DNA of 61,630 nucleotides, the filler included, from Sluysia triapertura (taxonomy: Eukaryota), in assembly GCA_046118255.1 (NCBI GenBank). It is 5 parts of 5 records of this genome, joined end to end, with 100 filler letters (N's around TTAATTAATTAA, not from the genome) between each part and the next. Parts side by side here need not be neighbours in the genome. Positions count along the whole stretch, not along the records: positions 39,286 to 50,367 come from JBJNIA010189187.1; positions 50,468 to 61,630 come from JBJNIA010188078.1; 3 more parts are not named here. One strand, given 5' to 3'. Of this stretch, positions 39,773-53,327 are shown one piece after another. How positions within the stretch are numbered: the first letter of the stretch is position 1; every line of letters starts with the position of its first letter. The notes below the pieces were generated by a model. It searched no databases and was not told where the DNA came from. It saw nothing but the letters and a program-made list of their open reading frames with translations. The translations under genes and the position numbers were made by a program.

Positions 39773-42700
39773 GTGGTTGTTACATTAAAATCATTGAAAG
39801 TTGCCGATTTTTGTTGCTGATGTTGAGTCCAATTTGAAAATGGTGAACTTGCTGTTATGGAAGAGGTATCAGAAATCATAGAATTGGATGGCAAGACAAA
39901 AGGAGCTTCTGTAAACATATTAATATTCAGTCAATTATTAAATATAATGCATATCAAAATTTTATAGCAATGAAATTATATGCTACACTTTAAAAAATGA
40001 TTTAAGTAGATTGCACTTCACAAAGCATTGAATTATCGAATAAAATTGTGCAATCACGAATAAAATCTCGTGCCAAATGTAATTGTTTCTCGGTGGTTCG
40101 AAGTGAAACATCGTCAAATTGTTATTTTTTGCAGGTGTCTAAAAAGTCATTCATTAAATTTTACCCAGATACTTAGACTTATCATTACAAATTATGTACG
40201 CCAAAACTTTTTATACTTAAATCAATGCACTAAATTATTTTTTTACTCATCCACAATTTTGTTTACTTAAGAATACGAAGTGTCACATTATTGTGTAAAT
40301 AATAATTATTCGTGTCAAAAATTAGCTATAAAGATTGTTACAATAGATTCTATTCTGTTCTCAATGAATTCATTTCTAAAATATCCTTCAGAATAGTTGT
40401 TAAATAAACCTTTCACATATTCCAACAATTTCTTTCTGTTTTCAAGTAGAATACCACGAAGATTCCTTTTCAGAACTTGGAATAAATAAAAGTCGCTTTA
40501 GTGACTACCTAGAAAGATAAAGTCCCATTCTTCAAAAGAATCTTGGTTGTACTGACTCATTGCCATACAAAGCCGTATCTTTTGATTTTGTTTTAATTTC
40601 TGGCTAGTTCTGACATGCCAAAGAAGTATTTTGAATCAACAGCTTTGATTTCTTCAACTATTTTCATTATTTCTCCGCATTTAAGTAGATTTTTCTTCAT
40701 CAAAAACAGTATTACTTATATTATATTTACAGAGAAACAATTCTAATACCATATAGAACACAATTAGCATCACAAGAACTTGCATTTTTGCTCGCGTTGC
40801 CTTACGATGTTCATAATACATTTCGTAGAAAAAATGCATTTTTTAATTTTACCTTAATGATATCACAACGTATGCTTACTATTTATTGCATTTTATAAAA
40901 TCAATATTTATTCTAAAAATATTTAATGAAATGAGATACTTGATGAAATGTTCAATAAATATGAGATAAAAGTTACATTGTGTATATCGTTAACAAAAAT
41001 ATATTTATCATTATATAGCATTTTTGGTCAGTAAACGAATAGTGTTAACTTTAGTTGTTATAAAAATTGAGTTTTCTACAATAAAACTTGTTTGATTTCT
41101 CTATAATATATGTTTTACTATTTTATTAATTTTATATAATAGTTACTAATTAATGACACCGTTTAAAGTATCGTATTTCAATTTTTAAAATAAAAAAATA
41201 ACCATCGTTATATTTCGATTGAAAATTATTTTGATCATTCATATTCTTAAATGAATCTTCGGAAGTATTGCTAAATATGTTAGCTTTGATAGTTTCGTTG
41301 GTGTTAGCATCACCCAAAAAGGGATTATTAATTAATGTTTTTTCTCTACCTTTAACAGTCGGTGACGCTTCCTGAAAAGGATCACTTTGTGATGTTACTA
41401 CTGGCGATGAAATATTTTCATTGACAGGTTGAACAGAATCATAACGAGTAGTTTTAATATTGGATAATTGTGATGATGTTGATAAAACTGGTTGATTTGT
41501 AGATGTTGATGATGGTGTACGAATGAATATACTTCCACTTACACCACTGCCACTACCATATGAGTGTTTGTAACTGTAATTACCGACAAAGTCACCATCT
41601 CCAGATGATATGTTTGTATCTATTTTTCAAAGTAAATTACCTATTAACGACAATTACAAACAAATAATATCAAATGAAAGATAGACAAAGACCGTTTGTA
41701 AACTGTTTATGAAAGCATTTCCAATCAAATTATATTATAGAAAAGAAAAGTGACACTGATTTAGTGATTAAGAAAAATAATGTTTATAACTTGTGCGTAC
41801 AATAAATGCTCCGGTCTTATATATTTCCAAAAATACAATTTTCTAGAATTTTATGATCGGCTAAATAAATTTTGAGAAAGCAAAATTTCTCAAATAATAC
41901 GTTTTGAGATTGTCCGATTTCACTTTTAATAATAATAATTAAGCTTTTTTCGATTCATGCTGCCCTACATAGTCTTGCACAATTATATGGGTCCCTACCA
42001 AATTTTATCACATTTTAACTTGATAATTTAATTTTTATAATTAACATGTACTATTAAAAAGATAATTTCACGAAGTTAGAAATATAAAACTTGTGATGTT
42101 ACCAAGTCTATAATGAATAAACATAACTTACAATGAACATAGCATCCGTCGTTAGTTTGAAAGATTTAAAAGTTAAGAATTGTATCTAAGAAATAAGGAA
42201 AGTTCACTGAAATTATGAACATAAATTACATGTTAAAAGAATAGGTATCCCTGTAATTAAATATTAATGCTTCTATCATGACCGAGCATTATGCAGCGTT
42301 TAATTACGACAATGATATAAAATATAATATTTCAGAAATATTATAACGAATGACAGATTTTAAGCGCTTCTGAGTATCCATAATCGCAGTACAGAGCAGT
42401 ACATAGATTAATATATTATTGATTAGTTTATTTATTGGTAACTCATAAAATTTCAAATTTTTCAATCAATAAAGTGGTTCAGATGTTTGAATAAATGATA
42501 ATCCATATGGAATAAGTCCGAGTTATTCAGAATTACGTAGGGCTGTTGTTGAAACTCTTGCGACATTAGTGGTGCGAATCACTAGCAAAGCCACTTTATA
42601 AATAAGTAAAATGGAAATTAATATTGATAAGTGTCAAGTTTAGGATTTTTTTTGGGTTTTTCATTCTAGTACGTTTTTATGTTGCATATAATCCACTTCT

Positions 42701-43391
42701 CGTCGTCTGCTACTAATCCTTTCTAGTGATTTGTATGTCAATTAACAGTAGATTGCAATTGATTACAAATTCATAAATGGTATATGCTAAGTAGAGGACT
42801 TGTTTCAAATCGTAGTAATTCTTTTGTAAGTTGTTAAATTTATGTAATATCTAGTAGATTCGATGAAATTAATTTATAAATGCAAGTAATTTCTAAAATA
42901 CAAACTCAAGGAATCATTGTTTATAGAAATGTTGACAAATACTGATTCTTATTTAAAAGGTCAACATTACTAACTCTAATTCATTTCTATTTTTCACTTA
43001 TGTCACCGAATTATAACAGTAATCTGTTTGGAAGTACAATTATGCAAAGTATAAATATTTCATCCAATATGTTTTAAGTTTAAATCTGATTTTAATTTAT
43101 ATAAAAATTATTTTACACTAACGATATGAATCCGTTCCACCGATATATTGATTATCAACATCACTGTCAGAATTATCACCATAATTATTTGAATCTGCTT
43201 GTTCTGCTGTTTTATTTTTGTTTTTATGTTTCGATGGCTTGATTTTAATTTTTTCTTTCAAATTCAATAACTTTCCGCTTTTTTGCTTTACTGGTTTATT
43301 AAGTTCAGTAAAAGAACCCAACTGATTTACTGAATCTATACGAGAACTGCCACTTACATTCGATTTAGAACCAGACAATCGATTCTTTGAT
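39773..43391 (-). CDS. Internal exons (43391-43123, 41619-41203, 39908-39773) of a Ser/Thr-rich protein with NPF/DPF motifs; possibly class I Rab11-FIP (Rip11)-like
   Basis: Three open exons with AG/GT boundaries splice in phase. KQKSGKLLNLKEKIKIK resembles the FIP post-C2 KLKDKIK segment, and SDPF and NNPFL motifs are present. The C2 and Rab11-binding domains were not found. Confidence 0.6.
40340..40830 (-). mobile_element. Mariner transposase remnant, internally deleted, intronic
   Basis: The N-terminal LRNVL(Y)EHRK..ASKNAS...CVLYG resembles the mariner HTH start. The C-terminal SDFYLFQVLKRNLRGILLENRKKLLEYVKGLFNNYSEGYFRNE resembles SDYHLFRSLQN.LRG..F. Confidence 0.8.
42325..42420 (+). mobile_element. 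L2-type LINE 3' terminal fragment
   Basis: ttcagaaatattataacgaatgacagatttaagcgcttctgagta...attaatatattatt matches 35331-35426. Confidence 0.7.
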
Positions 43392-45487
43392 CTAAAATTT
43401 TATATATTTAAAAAGAATAATGAAAAAATATATTCACATATTCATATGGCTTGTGGATCCTTGCTGTATCCTGTGGAACATTCTGTAGATTATTTATTGA
43501 TCATGTGTATTGAAGAATGTAAGTCGGCGACACTGATATGCAATCGAACATATAGTTCAAGAGATAAAGCATTCAAAATTTCGATGCTTCTATCTGCAAA
43601 GCGCGTTAGCAAATGCCAACAAATGTAAATAAAAATTTCAGCACAAAAAACATAAATTTAATATTAATAACTATAAGTTAAGACTACCCAAAATTTCAAA
43701 ACCATTGGAATCCATTGTAATTATGATATTCTTGAAGGTACTAGAGATTAACCGTTGCATGGTAACTGTGAAGATTTCATTGTGCTGTTCATGCTTTCAT
43801 AAACAGAAGGAAATCATTTGTGAAACCTTTATGAACTTTTGCGAACATTAATGATCATTTAATAAAAATAAATAATAAAAACTAAATAATTTTTTTACAT
43901 AACTGCATCATCGAAGCGTCTAAAAAATACAATTTTCAAATACATTTTTCGATATGTCCAAAATTTCTTAAATAATTATTTCTTAAATGAGATACTTATA
44001 AACTCATGTGTCAAGTATTTACAAATAAAATGTTAAATTTAGTCATCCAAGAGAAAATTCGGACAAAGAATATCTAATTATCCAACAATTACGCTTTTTT
44101 TCATTATACAAATTAATTTTTCCATTGATTTAGCACTAAAAAAGTTAAGCTTAAGTTACAGCTCAGCTTAGTTCACAGTTATGTCCGTGTAAAACCACTG
44201 GAAACCAATGATATAATATATTATCGATGATAAAATGTACTGGTTGGACAAGAATCAAAGTTTAGCTCATTGACAATATTTTATTAATAATGACATTGAT
44301 TATTTTGATGATGAATTTAAATGTATTTTTTCTTGCCGTTTAAGTTTTTAATACTAACAAATTTGTATACGAATACTATACATTTTTATTAATAATATAG
44401 TTTTTACAGGCATTTAAGACATATTATATATTAAGGATTGGAAGGAAATTGTCTATTTTTATTAAATTTAACCATAGTTTCAAATATATTTTTCTGCTAT
44501 TATTTAGTAATATTTAATAATAATTAGCAACGTCATTAGAATATTAGGTTGGTATCATTCGGGGATGGAGATTTTTTCGGAAGTTCATAACATTCGTATG
44601 ATATCTATTTTTTCTTATGTAAATAAGTTTGTGTGATCATGGACGGTCATACAGTTTTTTAACAATACACTCGTCATCACTACAAGATTGGGTTTATATT
44701 ATTGCATGTAAACTGCGATAAGCATAGAACATAACTCAGGAGACACATAACTCATTGTTCAGATTAAATAACCATTAAAATAGACTTTGACTGTTTAAAA
44801 TAAATTCCCCAAAAGCTTTATCCACTAAAAATGATTTTCAAAAGACTAACACCAAATCTTAATTTAATATAATAACCACACCCAAAACCTAATACAAAGC
44901 ATTCAATCATTCAAATTGCCGAAGCAACTATCAAACCACTAGAAAACTATCGAAACCACTAGTAAACCGGAATATGACTTCCTTTTATATTTATTTCGAA
45001 CAGACAATTTATTAATATGAAATTTTTTAAATAACTAAAATTTGAATCCATATTATCTATTTCCGAACGCTGCTCATTAATTTGTGGACATCATGTAATC
45101 ACATTAAATTATGGAATACTTTTAAAACTTATAAAATTAAATAATTATAAATATTACCTACTAATCGATATCCACGTTACAATAATATATTTGCCATTTC
45201 ATTAAATTTATACAAACTGATGACTTCCTAAGGACAAGTTTTAAATATTTTCTGATATTACATGATGACAAATGCAACCTAATGTTTCCAATACCGTTTT
45301 ACAATGAACTGAACCTCACTTAAAATCAGTTGATGAAATATGATTAAAAATGAGATAAATTAAAATTAAATTATGATATATTACTTATAAAGCAGTATTG
45401 TTATTTTCGGTATAACTATTGATGATTAATAATCGAAAATTTACTGATAAATCTTATTTTACATAAATAAAAGCATATCATACTCCT

Positions 45488-45488
45488 G

Positions 45489-45566
<78 letters not shown>
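45488..45566. repeat. (AAT)n microsatellite
   Basis: Perfect run; it produces the spurious poly-Ile ORF. Confidence 0.97.
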
Positions 45567-47890
45567 TCAACTCTTGCGGTTAAACAAAAAAAATATTTCA
45601 TAGTTGAGAATATAATAGTAATAATTACATATGCATTTCAGAGATAAGAATAAATGTTAAATACATACATTAATCTTTTAACTTTAGCGTGTGATAAACA
45701 TGTTTATTCGGCTCAACATACAATAATGCAGTTGTTCGCAGATCACATTTTTTACTTATGCATTACTTATTATCAGTTGTTAATCATGCTGTTTATATAA
45801 GTATACTTATTTAAAACTAATGCAGAATTTGATTATGTAAAAATGAGATACAAAAGTAAGTAAATACACATTTTAATTAACAACCTAAATCATTAATGAT
45901 TCAATATTGCTAATATTATAGAAGATACTTTTTATACACAAAATTTAATAACAAAGACCAATCATAATCAATATATTTATTGATTGGGTTGAATTTGAAT
46001 ATTCGTTCTTTGAAATACTTATTCTCATTTTTTAAGCGGATGATGTTAAAAAGTGTTAAAGTGCATATTTTACATGATCTCTTACTATGAAAAGATGGTC
46101 ATAACATATGATTAACGTCTCGTCATTAGAATTAAACCTTCGGTTTCGTACAAATTAATGTTACTTCGTCAGGCGATTGAAAAAGCCTGCGGTTTGTTTC
46201 AGAACTCCTACGTCAACTGACGATTTAGATTTACTTAAAATGAAATTCAAATTTAAAATTTTCAACTCCAACTTATCTTTCACATGAACGAATAAGAAAA
46301 TCAATTATATGTTCATAATGATTTTCCAGTCTAAGCAAATTTATATCAAAAAAATTTTCAACTTCCTAAGAGCACAAGAAATCACTTTAGATTCCTTTGT
46401 CGATAAAATGAGTCTCACCAGAATAATCAAGAAATTTAGTGCAACGTCCTATTTCTTCACAAAAAAAGATTACTCAACACACATACACAACTGATTCAAA
46501 ACATCCTGATCAAAAACCAACATGTTATTTCTTTTGAATTTATTTTTGAATATTTTCAAACATTATTCCTATCTAATTATAAAATGTATCGTAATTTAAT
46601 GCAATTAAAATTTTATCTGTCTAAATTATAAACTTTATCACTTTCACGAATCAGACGCTTCTTGTACATGAAGTTCTATCGATATTTACATTCAGATTCA
46701 GTTTGCTGGCTTGATCATTTATATTTTCAGGAGTTTTACTCATTATTAACTTTAAAGCTCTTTGAAATGTTCATAAAGATAATAATACAAATTCCTTTTG
46801 TTCTTCAGCATATCGAGTTAAATGTGCAAACATTTTTAGATACATTTTTTACAACTGATGAAAATAAATTACTGCAGTCATACTTAAAAATTATAGTTCA
46901 TGATTATCAGAATAACGAGAATTAGCGTTATAAATTCCTTAGAATCTTTAGATATTGTTTGTAAAATGATAATGCTGTGATACTGATGTTGAAATAATGC
47001 TTCTCTTTCATACCAATAAGTCACTAAAACATAAATTTATTTTCTTAAAAAAACTTGTTAACGCGAGTATGAAATTTTCTCAATACTTATTTTAGATATA
47101 AAATGGAAATAATTCTTCATAATTTTAATTTATTCTTTATAAATAGACCAAATAGTAATAAATTACGTGAGTTTCTCTGTCCTATGTGTCTAAATGAAAT
47201 CAGATATTCATAACATAGATAAGCGACACCCCTTCCCGGAACAGTTCATCATATCGCTTATTGATGACAGACGTACCTCCCAAAATTTCGCTGAGTCGCC
47301 TATTGAGGGCAGCCGCAATTAAAGAATCAATATATTTATTATTAGCACTATATCAAATGCAAAAAACGAACATTGCAGTGAAAATCTCAAAATTATTGCA
47401 ACAAGTGTATATAACAAAAGTTATTATTACGATCTTTATTAATAAATACTTTCATATACATTCATCCTTCAAATCACGTTACATCATCACGTAAATTCCA
47501 TATTTTTAGTTTCATATCTGACACTTTATCAATTAAAACTGATTTTGATTCATTGATTTAAGGCTGTTTTTATTACTGAGAATGATTTTTTCATTTTATC
47601 AATGTAGTTATTCATTCATCTGTATTTTATTAGTCGTTACCTAACAGGATCAGATAAGTGTTGAATCAATAATAAAAATAGTTTCAAGTTCAATTTTTAT
47701 TTTTATCATTTTAAGATATACAAAATTTGCTTATTAAATTTCATTATTCCGTATAAACTATATTAACATACCACCACTTTCATAAAAGTCATTTGAATAA
47801 TCGATATATTAGTAATTCAATATTAAGGTGTAATAATTATAATAATATACTTGACATACATAAGCATAAATTACACAATCAATATGTTGT

Positions 47891-47892
<2 letters not shown>

Positions 47893-47949
<57 letters not shown>
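47893..47949. repeat. (AAT)n microsatellite
   Basis: Perfect run. Confidence 0.97.
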
Positions 47950-47951
<2 letters not shown>

Positions 47952-48479
47952 CGTGCACACCCTTAATAATCTAAAGTATGATTTTTAAGTTTTTATATCA
48001 AAGTAAATAAAAATTAGTGCAGTTATAATTAATGCAATGAATGTATACTTGATTTATCAATGATTTGTGGTTGAATAAGCATCAAATATAATTGACAAAG
48101 TAATACAACATACAATGTATTTCTGAAATTTGTTTATAAACTGGTAAAATGTATTTTCTTAACCGAAAAATGTTGCATATTTTTTAAAGTTTAGTTTTAT
48201 TTTGGTACCTAAAAAGAATTTTTAATTTCAAGCTATCATAGAGATCTTCTGTTCCGGTTAAGAATCAAGTTCAAAATAAAAAAAAACAAATGCAAAAGGA
48301 GTATTGTGAATTAAATTATTTTGATTTATTAAAATTTTAAAATTATAGACACAAAAAGAATTTTAATTTATCAGTAGTTTTATGAATAAAACCAATTTAA
48401 TATTGATTGTTTTGAATTGTGTTATGTAGAAAATGAAAAATGAAACAGAAATAAGAATCATTTTTATTTAAATTATGTA

Positions 48480-49406
48480 CACCATATGAGAGTATTATTT
48501 TTTATTAATATTTCATAATGTTTTAATTGCATTTCAAATAATTTAATCCTTTTGTCATAGAATTTAATCCATTTGTCAAATAGTTTAATCCTTTTGTCAT
48601 GTAATTTAATCCTTTTGTCAAATAATTTAATCCTTTTGTCATGTAATTTAATCCTTTTGTCAAATAATTTAATCCTTTTGTCAAATAATTTAATCCTTTT
48701 TTCATACAAATTAATCATTTTAGAAATTAATTAGAATATTGTAATTATAATGGTTATATATAATTCAATAAAATTAAAAAAAACTCCAAAATAAGAGTAC
48801 ATTCATATTTTTTAATAAAATTACAATAAATTTAAATTAAAAAAGACATTTACATATTCGCGCATTTGCCTAAAATATGAGTTACAATCTTCTCTACTGA
48901 TATCCAAACTCGATTGCATTTTTTTCAATTATTATCAATCTTCTGTTAGATAATTTTCAGATTAAGTTGTGGAGAATGCAGCGGAATCAACTTTATTTCA
49001 TGATTATTCTTTAAACATTATTTATGCATATGTGTATTATCCATAATTTAAGTTTAATAAATTCAAGAGTGATTGAAACATCTTTATTTATAAGTTTTTT
49101 GGTATAATTTGAGTTTTCAGGAGTACTTTTTTATTCATTGGACTTCTTTTACTTATTTTATTAATGCGGCAATCTTTTAAATTTAACTTAACAAGTGAAG
49201 GAATGTTTTTTGATTGATACTGAAATCATTTGCAATGTTTATAATTGCTGCACCATTTTCATATCTTCTTATAATTTCTAGTCTAATTTCATTTGCTATT
49301 CTTATATTCGACCTATTTTTTGGTTAAGGATTCAATAAATTTATTAACTTTTAACATAATGCTTAAATTATATTTGTCAAAAGGATTAAATTATATGAAA
49401 ACCGTG
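48480..49406 (-). mobile_element. Tc1/IS630-like DNA transposon, internally deleted, with asymmetric subterminal 21-bp repeats
   Basis: HTH: RIANEIRLEIIRRYENGAAIINIANDFSIN. It continues DVSITLEFIKLKL fused to MDNTHMHK..NNHEIKLIPLHSPQLNL (like MDN..FHK..LPPYSPQLNP), then DISREDCNSYFRQMREY. The ends read TA|CAC...GTG|TA. Confidence 0.8.
48532..48716. repeat. 21-bp tandem repeat (aatttaatccttttgtcaaat), about 8 copies
   Basis: Directly visible array, with one inverted copy at about 49372-49400. Confidence 0.95.
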
Positions 49407-50149
49407 TACAGTCGATTATTACTTTTAATTATTTCATTAAATTTATTTGTTGATGGATAGCAAAAAGATTTAACTCTTTATTAAACAATGAATGTATATC
49501 GATAGAATAAAAATGAAGAATAGCTGTAATTAAGCTGATCAACGTTATATAATGATAGAATATTGAATATAGTGATAAAATATAGTATTTTTTTCCTTAC
49601 AGTACTTAATTTGTCCTTCTTGATAAATAAGTACGGCCGGTTCCATTCTACATTTTTTCATTTTTTACTTTATTTTCCGTTTTTGAAGTATTTTTTCATT
49701 ATAAAATATTTTAAGTTGTCTTTGAAAACTATTGATAACATTATTAAAAATTAGTTATTTTTATTCTATTTTATTCTTTAATTCTTGCAGTAAAAACAAA
49801 AAACAAATAATTCTAAAAGAAAATAAATTGTACTAATTTAAACGAAATAACGCAAGCCTTTCCTATTCTCAGTTGTTTTAAAAAGAGGTTAAAAATTCAA
49901 AGTTAAGAAAGAATATCTTGAAAATGCTTATAACTTAAGAAAATAATTATAAAATAGCTACGGATTAAACGGAAGCATTGTAGGAATAAAAAAACATGCC
50001 TTGAGTAAAATGGAAACGAAAAAAAGAATACTAACAGACACAAGTATAATCTAACACATGATTACTAAATGATCGTACAAAGAAAAAATAAATTAATTAT
50101 TAGGACAAACTAAAATTATAGCAAAAAGCTAACTCTTATGTAGAAGAAA

Positions 50150-50367
50150 ATGGCGTTATTAGTACATATATTAAGTTCATTTAACTATAGAAAACTGACC
50201 TCATAACTGAAATTAATTGCACGAAGGTCTTAAATGTAAAATCGTTATTCTAGAATGACATTAAATGAAGCAAAGTTAATTGTAGGTGGCAAGACACACT
50301 AGATGCGAAGCAAAAAGTACGAAATATAGGTTGTTATATGGATTCAAAAATGAACATGGAAGAAAAT
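50150..50367 (+). mobile_element. L2-type LINE ORF2 fragment truncated by the gap
   Basis: KQKVRNIGCYMDSKMNMEEN resembles VRNLGVxxDSxLxMxxH. Confidence 0.7.
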
Positions 50368-50467
50368 NNNNNNNNNNNNNNNNNNNNNNNNNNNNNNNNN
50401 NNNNNNNNNNNTTAATTAATTAANNNNNNNNNNNNNNNNNNNNNNNNNNNNNNNNNNNNNNNNNNNN
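50368..50467. other. Assembly gap with six-frame stop linker
   Basis: N-run, TTAATTAATTAA, N-run. Confidence 0.98.
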
Positions 50468-50589
50468 GAAATTTTACTTTTTAATAAAATAATTATTTGT
50501 AAATTTGTATAATTTAATTCTAATAAGAACATTCATATTTTATAAACTTATAAAATAATTATATTTTAATCGACACATGAAAGAATTCA

Positions 50590-50940
50590 TGTAAATTTAA
50601 TGCCAGCAAAAATAATAAAATAACTTTTAAGTTTTATTCTCATGAAAACAGTTAGCACATATAAAAGGGTTTTTTGTTAGAAAGTTTAATCATGATCAAG
50701 AGCACTATTTTGGAAGTTAATCAAAAGGATATTCATTAAAAATTTTTCGTGGAATCCGATCATTGAATATTAATTTAAATTTATCGTGGAATCTGCTCGC
50801 TAGATATTGATTTTCATTTGGAATCTTTTGTTACAAAATTGCTAAATTGATATTTCGTGATTCGGAGATATTTAAATTTGTTGGAGTCATTAATCAATGA
50901 TCGAGGAATTTATAATATATTGAAAACCCGAAAATACGTA
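50590..50940 (+). pseudogene. Decayed ribonuclease-inhibitor-type leucine-rich-repeat fragments
   Basis: NFSWNPI, LNLSWNLL and LINDRGIYNI motifs lie in shifting frames, followed by a GTAAGT donor. Confidence 0.35.
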
Positions 50941-51619
50941 AGTTGATAATTATTAGGCTTTCACACTGATAAACTTTGTGTTAAAATCAGACATAAAATT
51001 TTCTCAAAACTATTACCAACAACATTATTATATTATATATCATTTTCAATAGTATATTATTCGTTTGTTTTTTTGTTACTTTTGTATAATGAAAATTTAG
51101 TGTTTTCGTAATTTTGTCTATTTATAGTATAACCTAAAGAGATTTAATATTAACAATAGAGATTTAGCATTAAGATTTGAAAGTATAGATTTTGAATTAA
51201 GTATATTAATAATTTAGATATAACTATTTACTTCTCATTAAAAGGGGAATATCCAGTCAATAGTAAAATTTTGAGTACGTTAAAGTAACATTTAAATATC
51301 AAGTTAATAGTGAAATTTAAAGAGATAGTAAGATTTCTAAAGAAAGAGAAGGTTATTTAAAGGATTCGCTTATTTATAAGATGCTGACCCTCGCTGTTCT
51401 TTGATTTTAAGTTACATTAATTATCAAATCTGTAGTTGCGTCTTCGCCCAGATATAAAGAGCAATATACAGACTAAAGCATTCTTTTGGAAAAATCATAA
51501 TTGTTAGCTTTTATACACAAGAAATCTAACATAACAATGATTTTAAATTTTAATTAGATGATATTACGAAGATTGTTTAATACTAATTCCATTATCTTAG
51601 ATAATTAAAATGAGATTGA

Positions 51620-52210
51620 ATTTGAACACAGACGGAAATTTCTGCCGAAATTCAATCAGTAAAATTAGTCGGCTTATTACCGACTAAAAGAGAATAGACA
51701 GCTTTAATTTCCGCCTTGTTCAATTCTTGATTTTAATTTCCTAGGCAACGTAAAAATGCTATATAAGGCAGTTACATTTTTGCATAAAATTAGAGATAAA
51801 ACGACAGAGATAGAAGTTAGAGTTGAGATAGAGCTGAGGGACGCTGCCTTGATACATCTGTGATTAACGGTTATATCAGGACTTATTCTTTAGAAATTGA
51901 TCATTAGATGACCTAGTGATTTGTTTTGCATTGAGTATATTTTGCATTAATACGGGTGCAAAGATTTAAGTTTTTATTTGTTTTTAAAAGAGTAATTTAG
52001 GTTGTTATAGAGAGTAATTTGTAATATTGTTATAAAGAATAATTTGTATTTTGTTATAAAGAGTACTTTGTATTGTCGTTGTCCTAAAGAATAATTTATA
52101 TCTATTAATTGTAATTTTGTGATTATTCAAAGAATATATCGAGAATCTGAATTGTTTAGTTATTGGGTTTTGATTAATAATTTATAATGTAAAAGAGTAT
52201 AAAAGTCACA
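51620..52210 (+). repeat. LTR-like segment with a TATA-like box and internal ~22-26-bp degenerate tandem repeats
   Basis: ctatataagg is followed by an AG-rich tract, and gagtaatttgta..ttgttataaa units recur at 51990-52100. No partner LTR was seen. Confidence 0.35.
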
Positions 52211-52218
52211 ACAATAGT

Positions 52219-52220
<2 letters not shown>

Positions 52221-52264
<44 letters not shown>
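52221..52264. repeat. (AAT)n microsatellite
   Basis: Perfect run. Confidence 0.95.
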
Positions 52265-53327
52265 GCAGAATTACAATATTTGTCAAAATTACAATTTTAT
52301 AATATTTACTGAAATTAATGAAAATAGGAAAATATTTATTTTAATGGATTAATAAATTTTCAAAATTAATTAATAAATATATTTTGATGAATTTTCCATT
52401 AAAAATAGATTTGGTTTAATAAATATTTTTATAAAAAATATTAATATTATTTTCTTTAATAGATTTCTTAATGAATTTTGATATGGGAATATAAATAGTC
52501 GAACCAAAAAGAGGATTTTTAATGAAGTAATTATCTTATAATCCGTGGCACATTGATTCAAGTTCGAATAACTGACGGAGTTTATCATTTACTGCATCGA
52601 CCCATTAGTAAATTATTAGTAAATTGTTGATTTTCCGGCAAACCAAAATTAAATTGGTCTATCGAATAAATTCAACATTATTTTGGCAAGGAGTTACCGT
52701 CGCAAATCCGATCCAGAATTGCATTATTTTAAAGTTTTTGTTAACTAAGTTACTTTCGTAAAGTATAAAATTTGATTTAAATTTTAAAAAACGTTTGTGC
52801 TGGCTTAAGCCATTATTAAATCTCTATCAAATACTATTGAAACACATTAGGAAAAAACACCTAATGTCATACATATTTATTTTATAATTTATTATTAATT
52901 ATTTTTTTGTTTAAAATAGCCTTGCAATCATTGTGTTGTAGTCATTTATAAAGTTTTATTTTGTATAATAAAGTTTCAACATAACTGGTTTTTTTTGGAT
53001 TGTTTTGAAAGTTAAGTTAAAAAGTAATTATTCAATAATTTCGAAAGATAAGTTAAAGTATTTACTTATTTAGTGAAATTTTAATTATAAGTTGAATCTA
53101 CAAATAGTTTAAATATTTGGTAATTTAGTTATGATAATATTAAGTGTAATAAAATCGTCGACTTAATTTGTTACGAAATTCTGATTCCGGCTTATTATTA
53201 TACAATTTACCAGTAAGTACCAAGTGGCAAGATTTAACAGAGTTTATGATAAGATATTGGAAGGCGGCAATTATTCATATGTACTTCCAAACGGCACCTT
53301 ACTTTATAATTTTGTAGTTAAAAAATA

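Noticed and set aside
45416-45601. Poly-Ile membrane protein ORF (also 12122-12307)
   Set aside because: It is a translation of an (ATT)n microsatellite or low-complexity DNA.
48532-48716. 21-bp array as a CRISPR array, or ORFs 48473-48718 and 48523-48705 as repeat proteins
   Set aside because: The repeats are head-to-tail with no unique spacers, there are no cas genes, and the context is eukaryotic. The ORFs are by-products of a stop-free unit.
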